Assembly (NCBI GenBank): GCA_963718605.1
Contig: OY970363.1
Coordinates: forward strand, 192,505 to 256,504
Length of the DNA stretch: 64,000 nt
From: an uncultured Actinomycetes bacterium
GTDB taxonomy: Bacteria > Actinomycetota > Acidimicrobiia > Acidimicrobiales > JACCXE01
Reading direction: 5' to 3'
The notes beneath the pieces were generated by a model. That model searched no databases, had not been told where the DNA came from, and saw only the letters and a program-made list of their open reading frames with translations. Positions 9,401 to 21,400 of this stretch are shown here, piece after piece (the stretch's first letter is position 1; each line of letters begins with the position of its first letter). Made by a program: the position numbers and the translations under genes.

Positions 9401-12400
9401 AGCTCTATTTGTCTGTCCTGTAACTCGGTGAGCAAGTCGAGCACTGAAAACTCCCCGTCGACGCGCACGCGGACAGGCAGGGTGTTGATAAAGCAGCCCA
9501 CCATCGATTCGACTCCGGGTAACGCCGCTGGTCGTCCTGAGGTCGTTGCGCCGAACACGACGTCGGTTTCGCCGCTATGAGCAGCGAGCAAGAGGGCCCA
9601 GGCGCCTTGAACCAGGGTGTTCAAAGTGAGGCGATGCTCTGCGGCAAATTGTTGAAGGAGCGCCGATAGTTCCTCATTGACCGTGACTTGCTGCGACACG
9701 ACCCGCGGCATCTCATCTAACTCCGATTTATCCGCAGCGCTTCCCAGTGTTAGCGGACTTGAGAAACCTGCCAGGTAATCACGCCAGAAGGCTTGAGCCG
9801 ACGCTTGATCCTGACCAGCGATCCATTGGATGTAATCCCGATAGGGCCGAGCCGCAACCGGAGCGGGACCACCTCCATAGACGGCGAACACCTCGTTAAC
9901 GACACGACCCACGCTCCAACCGTCGAGAAGAAGATGGTGATAGCTCCACACCAGCCGATGTTTTCGGTCGGACTCGCGGATGCATCGGAATCGCATTAGC
10001 GGTGCCCGCGTTAGTTCGAATCCGGCGGCCCGATCAGTAGCCAGAAGTGCGCGTAGGGACTCCCGCTGTTCCGCGTGGTTTTGGTCTCGCCAGTCAAGAT
10101 GTGCGAACTCGACGTCGGGTGATCGAACCACCACCTGAACGGGCTGGTCGAGCCCGTCCCAGAACACCGCCGCACGCAACGATTCGTGACGCGAGATCAC
10201 GTCAAGCCAGGATTGTTCCAGCCTGCTGGCGTCAATGCCCTCAAACTGCATTTCAAGTTGCTCCACGTAGACGCCCGAATCCGGCGCGAACAACGTGTGG
10301 AACAACATGCCCTGCTGTAACGGCGCCAGTGGGTATATGTCCTCGACGCGGCGTAATCCGCCACACAAATCACCGATGCGATCGAGCTGCGACGGACTCA
10401 ACCGCGCCAATGGAAAATCCGAAGGCGTGCAACCCTCGAACCCGACCGCGGTGCAGTGCTTGATGAGAGTTCGCAACTCAGCGAGAAACGCTGTGACTAA
10501 AACCTCAATGGTCGAACGTTCATGCAAGTCGCGCGAAAACGTGAAACCCACCTGCAGTTCACCGTCAACTACTTGAGCTACGACATCAAGTACATGGTCG
10601 CGTTGTGCATCAGGAGATCGTTCCCACCCCCGCGCCTCGCTCAGAACCCGAAACATCGACGCGGAGACCGCCGAAGAACTCTGCCCCAAATAGTTGAAAC
10701 TCAGTTCCGCCGAAGCCGCCAACATCTCACGAACGGAACTGTCGGGATGTAAATGTCGCAACAAGCCAAATCCGATTCCGCGACCGGGAACCGTCCTTAG
10801 CTGTTCCTTGACCGAGATGAGGGTCTCACCCGGATCCACGACATCCTCAAGATCAAGACACACAGGGAAGAGAGAAGTGAACCATCCGATAGTCCGAGAC
10901 AAATCGATGTCATCAAAAAGGTCCTCCCGGCCATGACCCTCAAGGTTGACCAACACCTTTGTCGAGCCAGCCCAACTGCTCACCGCTCGACCCAACGCCG
11001 CCAGCAACACATCATTGATCTGCGTCCGATAAATCGGGGGAACATCACGCAACAACGACGCCGTCGAACTTCGATCTAACTGCGCGCCGACAACGTCAGT
11101 AGAACCGACCCGATTCAGACCATCTCGATAGTCCAGCGGTAACGGCGTAGCCGACCGGACTCCGCTCCAATACTCAAGTTCAGCATTGAGCTCAGGGGAA
11201 GAAGCGAAGTCGGTCAGACGCTGCGACCACGCCTGGAACGAACTCGTCTTAGCCGGCAACTGCACTACCAAACCATCACGGAGTTGCGAATAGACCAGTC
11301 CGAGATCCTCAAAAAGAATCGACCAGGACACCCAGTCAATGACGAGATGGTGTGCCACCAGAAGCAGTCGCGCCTGACCCCCACCCAGATCAAACCAACA
11401 CGCGCGCACCAGCGGACCTGCGCACAAATCCAGTCCGGCTTGGATCCGCCCCGCATGCTCCTGCAACAGACTTAGCCAATTCGGATGTCCCGACAGATCG
11501 ACCCGTTCAAGCATGAACGGGCCGATCTGTGCGTCGCAGTGTTGCCGCCAAGCACCGTCAATCAACTCAAAACGAAGGCGCAACGCGTCGTGATGGCCAA
11601 CTAGCTCTCCGAGCGCCTCCTCCAACAGATCCGCATGGGTGCCAGCCGTTACCTCCAAGAGCATCGACTGATTGAAATGGTGCGCATCAACGGTCGATCC
11701 TTCTAAGAACCAACGCTGGATCGGGCTCAACAACACGTGCCCCTCAACAGCCGCCTGAGATGCATGCACCCCGATCGAATGGCCCGCCACCGCCGCGAGT
11801 TCCTCGACGGTTGGATTCTGAAACAACATTCGAGGCGTGATCTCCACACCGGCGTTTCGTGCCCGTGAGATGACCTGAATGCTCAGGATCGAGTCGCCAC
11901 CCAACGCGAAGAAATCATCGTGGACACCGACACGGTCCACTCCCAACACCTCACACCAAATCCCCGCAAGGAGTTCCTCAGTCGGAGTCCGCGGCGCCAC
12001 AAACTCCTGGCCCAACTCCGGCCGCGAACCATCCGGCGCCGGCAACGCCTTGCGATCAACCTTGCCATTCGGCGTCAACGGCAACCCGTCCAACACCACA
12101 AACGCCGACGGCACCATGTAATCCGGCAACACCCGACGCAGAGACTCACGCAACTCCGTCGTCGACAGAACACTCCCATCGACGGGCACCACATAACCAA
12201 CCAACCGCTTGTCACCCGGCGCATCCTCCCGAGCAACCACCACCGCCTCACCCACCCCCACACAACCCAGCAACGCGGCCTCAACCTCACCACACTCAAT
12301 CCGGAACCCCCGGATCTTCACCTGATCATCCAGCCGACCCAAAAACTCCAAATTCCCATCCGGCAAATACCGCACCACATCACCAGTCCGATAAAGCCGC

Positions 12401-15400
12401 GCCCCCGCCACATCACTAAAGGGATGCGGCACAAACCGCTCCGCCGTCAACTCCGGACGACGCAAATACCCCCGCGCCAAACCCACCCCACCAATAAACA
12501 ACTCGCCCGCCACACCCACCGGCACCGGACGACCCCACCGATCCAACACAAACAACTCCGTATTCGCAATCGGCCGACCAATCGGCGGCGACCCGACACC
12601 GTTCGAGCTGATGCGGCCGGCAGTGGTCACGACCGTGCACTCCGTCGGCCCGTAATGATTCACGATCTCAAACGGGACGCCCCCAACGTGTGCCGACCAA
12701 CGATCACCTCCCACCAACAACCTGCCCAGAGACGCGTCAGACGCGCTGGGACTAGACACAACACCTTCCGCCATCGCCGTCGGTAAGAACGTGGTAGTCA
12801 AACCGTCGCGCTCCCACCAACCCAAAACGGCTTCAACGTCACCCCGGGCGGCACTAGGCACAAGCGACAATGACGCCCCGCTCGACAGCGGAGGCCACAC
12901 CTCCCACACCGACGCGTCAAACGCTAACGAAGCGAACTGGCCACAACGCTGCGCCGCATCCAACCCGTAAGCCCCAACATGCCAACTCACCAAGTTGGTG
13001 AGGCTGCGGTGTTCGATGAGGACGCCCTTGGGTTGGCCGGTGGATCCCGACGTATAAATCACATAAGCCAAGTCGGTGGCAGTCGCCGCCGGACCCGGGT
13101 TCGTGTCCGGGAAGCCGTCATAAACCGACGACTCGTCCAAACACAGAACCTCAGCAACACCAACGGGCAACGAGCCCAGAAGATGACGCTGACTCAACAG
13201 GACTGGCGCGGCGGTGTCCTCGAGCATGAACGCAAGCCGATCAGCGGGATAGTCGGGATCCAACGGCACATACGCGCCTCCCGCCTTCAAAATCGCGAGT
13301 AACCCGACCACCATCTCCGGGCTGCGCTCCACACAGATCCCGACCAACACATCCGGACCCACACCCAGATCACGCAAATGATGCGCCAACCGGTTCGCCC
13401 GCCGATTCAACTCCCCATAAGACAGCGACACATCCTCAAACACCACCGCGGTCGCATCAGGATCCCGAACAACCTGATCCTCGAACAACTCATGCACACA
13501 ACGATCCGACGGAAACTCGACCGCCGTGTCATTCCACTCCACCAACAACTGGCGCCGCTCATCAACGCCAAGCAACTCCAACTCACCGATCCGACAATCC
13601 GGATCCGCCACCATCCCCGCCAACAGGTTCCGCAAATGCCCCGCCATCCGCGCCACCGTCGACGAATCAAACAAATCCGTCGCATACTCGAACTCGCACA
13701 GCAACCCACCGTCGCCTTCGGCCATAGCCAAGGTCAGATCGAACTTCGCTGTTGTCCGCGAGACCCCGAATTGTTCAACGTCAAGAGAGCCCAGTGAGAA
13801 GGCCTCGCGCGAGTTGTTCTGCAAAACAAACATCGTCTGGAACAACGGCGTATGGCTCAGATCCCGCGGAAGCCGCAACTCCTCGACAAGTTTCTCGAAC
13901 GGCAAATCCTGATGCGCATACGCGCCCAGCGCCGTCTCACGCACCCGACCCAACAACTCCCCGAAACTCGGATCACCCGCACAGTCAGCCCGCAACGGCA
14001 ACGTGTTCACAAAAAAACCGATCAGCGGCTCAATCTCCGCCCGATTCCGGCCAGCGATCGGCGTGCCAACCACAAAATCGTCCTGACCGCTGTAACGATG
14101 CAGCAACACCTGGAACGCAGCCAACAACGTCATAAACAACGTCGCCCCATAACGCTGCCCCAAGTCACGCACACCATCGCTCAGCTCAGCATCAAGACTG
14201 AAACTGAAACTCGCTCCCGCATCACCGCGCACCGGCGGCCGCGGACGATCCGTCGGCAACTCCAACGCCGGCACACCGCCCAGATGGTCACGCCAAAACC
14301 CCAACTGCGTTTCCAGCACATCACCGGTCAACCACTCCCGCTGCCACACCGCAAAATCCGCATACTGAATCGCCAACGCTTCGAACGGCGCAGACTCACC
14401 GCGACTGAACGCGTCATAACCAGCAGACAACTCACGCAACAACACCGACAACGACCAACCATCAGTCACGATGTGATGCAACGTCAAAACAAACACGTGG
14501 TCCTCACCGCCCACACGCACCAACCCGGCGCGCACCAACGGACCACGCTCAAGATCAAACGGCCGCGACGCCTCCTCAACCACCAAACGCCGCGCCTCCA
14601 GCTCCGCCTCGCCCGGCGCCAACCCACTCACATCCCACACCACAACCGGCACATCCCCAACCGGCCAAATCACCTGCTCAGCCTTCCCCCCCGGCGCAGC
14701 AAACGTCGTGCGCAACACCTCATGCCGCGCCACCACCGCACCCAACGCCAACTCCAACGCCCCCACATCAAGCGACCCACGCAAACGCAACGCCAACGGA
14801 ACGTTGTAAACCGAACTCGGAACAAGACGATCCAAAAACCACAACCGCTGCTGCGCAAACGACAACGGCAAATCACCGTCACGCGCCGCCACCACAATTG
14901 GCGGCGCGGCCGACTCGCCGCCACCGCCAGCCACCACATCGGCAAGCGCAGCCACCGTCGGATCCTCAAACAGACTGCGTAACAACAACTCGACGCCAAA
15001 CACGACCCGCACCCGCGACACCACCTGCGTGGCCAACAACGAATGCCCACCCAACGCGAAGAAATCATCGTGGACACCGACACGGTCCACTCCCAACACC
15101 TCACACCAAATCCCCGCAAGGAGTTCCTCAGTCGGAGTCCGCGGCGCCACAAACTCCTGGCCCAACTCCGGCCGCGAACCATCCGGCGCCGGCAACGCCT
15201 TGCGATCAACCTTGCCATTCGGCGTCAACGGCAACCCGTCCAACACCACAAACGCCGACGGCACCATGTAATCCGGCAACACCCGACGCAGAGACTCACG
15301 CAACTCCGTCGTCGACAGAACACTCCCATCGACGGGCACCACATAACCAACCAACCGCTTGTCACCCGGCGCATCCTCCCGAGCAACCACCACCGCCTCA

Positions 15401-18400
15401 CCCACCCCCACACAACCCAGCAACGCGGCCTCAACCTCACCACACTCAATCCGGAACCCCCGGATCTTCACCTGATCATCCAGCCGACCCAAAAACTCCA
15501 AATTCCCATCCGGCAAATACCGCACCACATCACCAGTCCGATAAAGCCGCGCCCCCGCCACATCACTAAAGGGATGCGGCACAAACCGCTCCGCCGTCAA
15601 CTCCGGACGACGCAAATACCCCCGCGCCAAACCCACCCCACCAATAAACAACTCGCCCGCCACACCCACCGGCACCGGACGACCCCACCGATCCAACACA
15701 AACAACTCCGTATTCGCAATCGGCCGACCAATCGGCGGCGACCCAAGCGACACGGAGCCGTCGATCGGGAACTGCGCGGACCAGATCGTTGTCTCGGTCG
15801 GGCCATAAAGATTCCACACCGCACCGGCCCGAGACACCAGTTCCGACGCGAGACGCCGATTCATCGCTTCGCCACCACAAAGCACCGTTAACGCCGGCTT
15901 CTCCCAGCCTGCCTGAACCAGCATCTGCCACGTCACCGGCGTCGCCTGCATAACTGTGACCAGCGGATCGTTGACCGCCTCAACCAGCAAGTTCGCTTCA
16001 ACCGCGGACGACGAACTCGCAATCCTCACGCTCGCGCCCTCGACGATCGGCAAAAACAACTCGAGGGCGGCAATATCAAAAGACAGCGACGTCACCGCGA
16101 GCATCCGACCGGCAACGCCCAAACCAAGATCAGCTTGCATCGAGATCACCAAGTTGGTGAGGCTGCGGTGTTCGATGAGGACGCCCTTGGGTTGGCCGGT
16201 GGATCCCGACGTATAAATCACATAAGCCAAGTCGGTGGCAGTCGCCGCCGGACCCGGGTTCGTGTCCGGGAAGCCGTCATAAACCGACGACTCGTCCAAA
16301 CACAGAACCTCAGCAACACCAACGGGCAACGAGCCCAGAAGATGACGCTGACTCAACAGGACTGGCGCGGCGGTGTCCTCGAGCATGAACGCAAGCCGAT
16401 CAGCGGGATAGTCGGGATCCAACGGCACATACGCGCCTCCCGCCTTCAAAATCGCGAGTAACCCGACCACCATCTCCGGGCTGCGCTCCACACAGATCCC
16501 GACCAACACATCCGGACCCACACCCAGATCACGCAAATGATGCGCCAACCGGTTCGCCCGCCGATTCAACTCCCCATAAGACAGCGACACATCCTCAAAC
16601 ACCACCGCGGTCGCATCAGGATCCCGAACAACCTGATCCTCGAACAACTCATGCACACAACGATCCGACGGAAACTCGACCGCCGTGTCATTCCACTCCA
16701 CCAACAACTGGCGCCGCTCATCAACGCCAAGCAACTCCAACTCACCGATCCGACAATCCGGATCCGCCACCATCCCCGCCAACAGGTTCCGCAAATGCCC
16801 CGCCATCCGCGCCACCGTCGACGAATCAAACAAATCCGTCGCATACTCGAACTCGCACAGCAACCCACCGTCGCCTTCGGCCATAGCCAAGGTCAGATCG
16901 AACTTCGCTGTTGTCCGCGAGACCCCGAATTGTTCAACGTCAAGAGAGCCCAGTGAGAAGGCCTCGCGCGAGTTGTTCTGCAAAACAAACATCGTCTGGA
17001 ACAACGGCGTATGGCTCAGATCCCGCGGAAGCCGCAACTCCTCGACAAGTTTCTCGAACGGCAAATCCTGATGCGCATACGCGCCCAGCGCCGTCTCACG
17101 CACCCGACCCAACAACTCCCCGAAACTCGGATCACCCGCACAGTCAGCCCGCAACGGCAACGTGTTCACAAAAAAACCGATCAGCGGCTCAATCTCCGCC
17201 CGATTCCGGCCAGCGATCGGCGTGCCAACCACAAAATCGTCCTGACCGCTGTAACGATGCAGCAACACCTGGAACGCAGCCAACAACGTCATAAACAACG
17301 TCGCCCCATAACGCTGCCCCAAGTCACGCACACCATCGCTCAGCTCAGCATCAAGACTGAAACTGAAACTCGCTCCCGCATCACCGCGCACCGGCGGCCG
17401 CGGACGATCCGTCGGCAACTCCAACGCCGGCACACCGCCCAGATGGTCACGCCAAAACCCCAACTGCGTTTCCAGCACATCACCGGTCAACCACTCCCGC
17501 TGCCACACCGCAAAATCCGCATACTGAATCGCCAACGCTTCGAACGGCGCAGACTCACCGCGACTGAACGCGTCATAACCAGCAGACAACTCACGCAACA
17601 ACACCGACAACGACCAACCATCAGTCACGATGTGATGCAACGTCAAAACAAACACGTGGTCCTCACCGCCCACACGCACCAACCCGGCGCGCACCAACGG
17701 ACCACGCTCAAGATCAAACGGCCGCGACGCCTCCTCAACCACCAAACGCCGCGCCTCCAGCTCCGCCTCGCCCGGCGCCAACCCACTCACATCCCACACC
17801 ACAACCGGCACATCCCCAACCGGCCAAATCACCTGCTCAGCCTTCCCCCCCGGCGCAGCAAACGTCGTGCGCAACACCTCATGCCGCGCCACCACCGCAC
17901 CCAACGCCAACTCCAACGCCCCCACATCAAGCGACCCACGCAAACGCAACGCCAACGGAACGTTGTAAACCGAACTCGGAACAAGACGATCCAAAAACCA
18001 CAACCGCTGCTGCGCAAACGACAACGGCAAATCACCGTCACGCGCCGCCACCACAATTGGCGGCGCGGCCGACTCGCCGCCACCGCCAGCCACCACATCG
18101 GCAAGCGCAGCCACCGTCGGATCCTCAAACAGACTGCGTAACAACAACTCGACGCCAAACACGACCCGCACCCGCGACACCACCTGCGTGGCCAACAACG
18201 AATGCCCACCCAACGCGAAGAAATCATCGTGGACACCGACACGGTCCACTCCCAACACCTCACACCAAATCCCCGCAAGGAGTTCCTCAGTCGGAGTCCG
18301 CGGCGCCACAAACTCCTGGCCCAACTCCGGCCGCGAACCATCCGGCGCCGGCAACGCCTTGCGATCAACCTTGCCATTCGGCGTCAACGGCAACCCGTCC

Positions 18401-21400
18401 AACACCACAAACGCCGACGGCACCATGTAATCCGGCAACACCCGACGCAGAGACTCACGCAACTCCGTCGTCGACAGAACACTCCCATCGACGGGCACCA
18501 CATAACCAACCAACCGCTTGTCACCCGGCGCATCCTCCCGAGCAACCACCACCGCCTCACCCACCCCCACACAACCCAGCAACGCGGCCTCAACCTCACC
18601 ACACTCAATCCGGAACCCCCGGATCTTCACCTGATCATCCAGCCGACCCAAAAACTCCAAATTCCCATCCGGCAAATACCGCACCACATCACCAGTCCGA
18701 TAAAGCCGCGCCCCCGCCACATCACTAAAGGGATGCGGCACAAACCGCTCCGCCGTCAACTCCGGACGACGCAAATACCCCCGCGCCAAACCCACCCCAC
18801 CAATAAACAACTCGCCCGCCACACCCACCGGCACCGGACGACCCCACCGATCCAACACAAACAACTCCGTATTCGCAATCGGCCGACCAATCGGGAGACT
18901 TCCGCGAACGTCCTTCCGTATCGGATACGTGCACGTAAAAGTCGTGGCTTCAGTGGGTCCGTAGCCATTGACGACACTGACGGTCGGGGAAGCCTCCATG
19001 AATCGCGCAACATGTTGATAACTCAGCGTCTCGCCGCCGATAACCAAGGTAGACAAACCTGCAAACAGGCCTGCACTCCCTTGATCCACGTAGGCGTTAA
19101 ATAGTGATGCGGTCAACCAAAGCATGCCAATGCTCTGGTTCCTAATGGTGACTTCCAGATCTCTGGCCGACGGCAGATCATTTCCTGACACGAGAACAGC
19201 GGTGCCGCCGTGCAGCAGCGGGCACCAAAGCTCAAACGTTGATGCATCAAAGTTCAAGGTGGCGAGATGCAACACCGTTGGTTTGCTTCCAACCGCAAGA
19301 AAAGGCAAGCCGAATACCAGCCGAAGAATCGAGTGGTGTTCGATGAGGACGCCCTTGGGTTGGCCGGTGGATCCCGACGTATAAATCACATAAGCCAAAT
19401 TGTCGGCCGCAGCGATGGGGCCAGGATTCGTGTCGGGCTGATCAGCCCACGCCGCGACATCATCCACGCAGATAGCAAATGTGTTCGTCCAGGGCAGCCT
19501 GCCTTCGACAGCGCTGTGTGTGAGCAGGACTGGCGCGGCGGTGTCCTCGAGCATGAACGCAAGCCGATCAGCGGGATAGTCGGGATCCAACGGCACATAC
19601 GCGCCTCCCGCCTTCAAAATCGCGAGTAACCCGACCACCATCTCCGGGCTGCGCTCCACACAGATCCCGACCAACACATCCGGACCCACACCCAGATCAC
19701 GCAAATGATGCGCCAACCGGTTCGCCCGCCGATTCAACTCCCCATAAGACAGCGACACATCCTCAAACACCACCGCGGTCGCATCAGGATCCCGAACAAC
19801 CTGATCCTCGAACAACTCATGCACACAACGATCCGACGGAAACTCGACCGCCGTGTCATTCCACTCCACCAACAACTGGCGCCGCTCATCAACGCCAAGC
19901 AACTCCAACTCACCGATCCGACAATCCGGATCCGCCACCATCCCCGCCAACAGGTTCCGCAAATGCCCCGCCATCCGCGCCACCGTCGACGAATCAAACA
20001 AATCCGTCGCATACTCAATCGCCCCGACAATGGCTTCATCGCTATCAATGAAATGGAACGACAAATCAAACTTGGCGGTCTCATGCGACAGTTCGAAACC
20101 ATCGACTTCTAGACCTTCCAGCACCAACGTCCGGCCAGTCTCCGAGGCATGCAACCCGACACTCACCTGAAACAGCGGATGCCGACTCGGATCGCGCTCA
20201 GGCTGTAACTCCTCGACAAGTTTCTCGAACGGCAAATCCTGATGCGCATACGCGCCCAGCGCCGTCTCACGCACCCGACCCAACAACTCCCCGAAACTCG
20301 GATCACCCGCACAGTCAGCCCGCAACGGCAACGTGTTCACAAAAAAACCGATCAGCGGCTCAATCTCCGCCCGATTCCGGCCAGCGATCGGCGTGCCAAC
20401 CACAAAATCGTCCTGACCGCTGTAACGATGCAGCAACACCTGGAACGCAGCCAACAACGTCATAAACAACGTCGCCCCATAACGCTGCCCCAAGTCACGC
20501 ACACCATCGCTCAGCTCAGCATCAAGACTGAAACTGAAACTCGCTCCCGCATCACCGCGCACCGGCGGCCGCGGACGATCCGTCGGCAACTCCAACGCCG
20601 GCACACCGCCCAGATGGTCACGCCAAAACCCCAACTGCGTTTCCAGCACATCACCGGTCAACCACTCCCGCTGCCACACCGCAAAATCCGCATACTGAAT
20701 CGCCAACGCTTCGAACGGCGCAGACTCACCGCGACTGAACGCGTCATAACCAGCAGACAACTCACGCAACAACACCGACAACGACCAACCATCAGTCACG
20801 ATGTGATGCAACGTCAAAACAAACACGTGGTCCTCACCGCCCACACGCACCAACCCGGCGCGCACCAACGGACCACGCTCAAGATCAAACGGCCGCGACG
20901 CCTCCTCAACCACCAAACGCCGCGCCTCCAGCTCCGCCTCGCCCGGCGCCAACCCACTCACATCCCACACCACAACCGGCACATCCCCAACCGGCCAAAT
21001 CACCTGCTCAGCCTTCCCCCCCGGCGCAGCAAACGTCGTGCGCAACACCTCATGCCGCGCCACCACCGCACCCAACGCCAACTCCAACGCCCCCACATCA
21101 AGCGACCCACGCAAACGCAACGCCAACGGAACGTTGTAAACCGAACTCTCCGGCGCCCACTGATGCAGAAACCACAACTGCTGCTGCGCAAACGACAACG
21201 GCAACGTCACATCACGAGACACACACACAACCCGCGGAACAACCACACCGACATCAGCCAGTAACGCCTCGTCGACCACCCGAGCCAACCCCGCCAACGT
21301 CGACGACTCAAACAGCGACTTCACCGCCAACTCGGCCTGGAACGCCGCCCGCACCCGCGACACCACCTGCGTGGCCAACAACGAATGCCCACCCAACGCG

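Larger units (their letters stand above)
6475..10345 (-). other. NRPS module 7 (DCL-type C - A - T - TE), predicted Leu
   Basis: C starts [16 protein letters not shown] (about 10300-10345). A specificity core is ~8074-8486. Pocket residues read by eye against GrsA-PheA numbering (235,236,239,278,299,301,322,330,331,517) are D A W F L G H V V K, one change from the Leu code DAWFLGNVVK. Confidence 0.7.
10346..14881 (-). other. NRPS module 6 (LCL C - A - T - E), predicted D-Leu after epimerisation
   Basis: A core 12586-12986 is identical to module 7 except 12689 (t versus c at 8177; His versus Arg). Same pocket DAWFLGHVVK. The T is of GGDSILS type and is followed by an E domain. Confidence 0.7.

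Noticed and set aside
14011-14017. A7 homopolymer (T7 in the sense strand, IGFFVN) present in every repeated C domain (also 17170-17176, 20341-20347, 26619-26625) as a possible slippage or phase-variation site
   Set aside because: It encodes a conserved Phe-Phe. All copies are in frame and the tract is short, so there is no evidence of variation.
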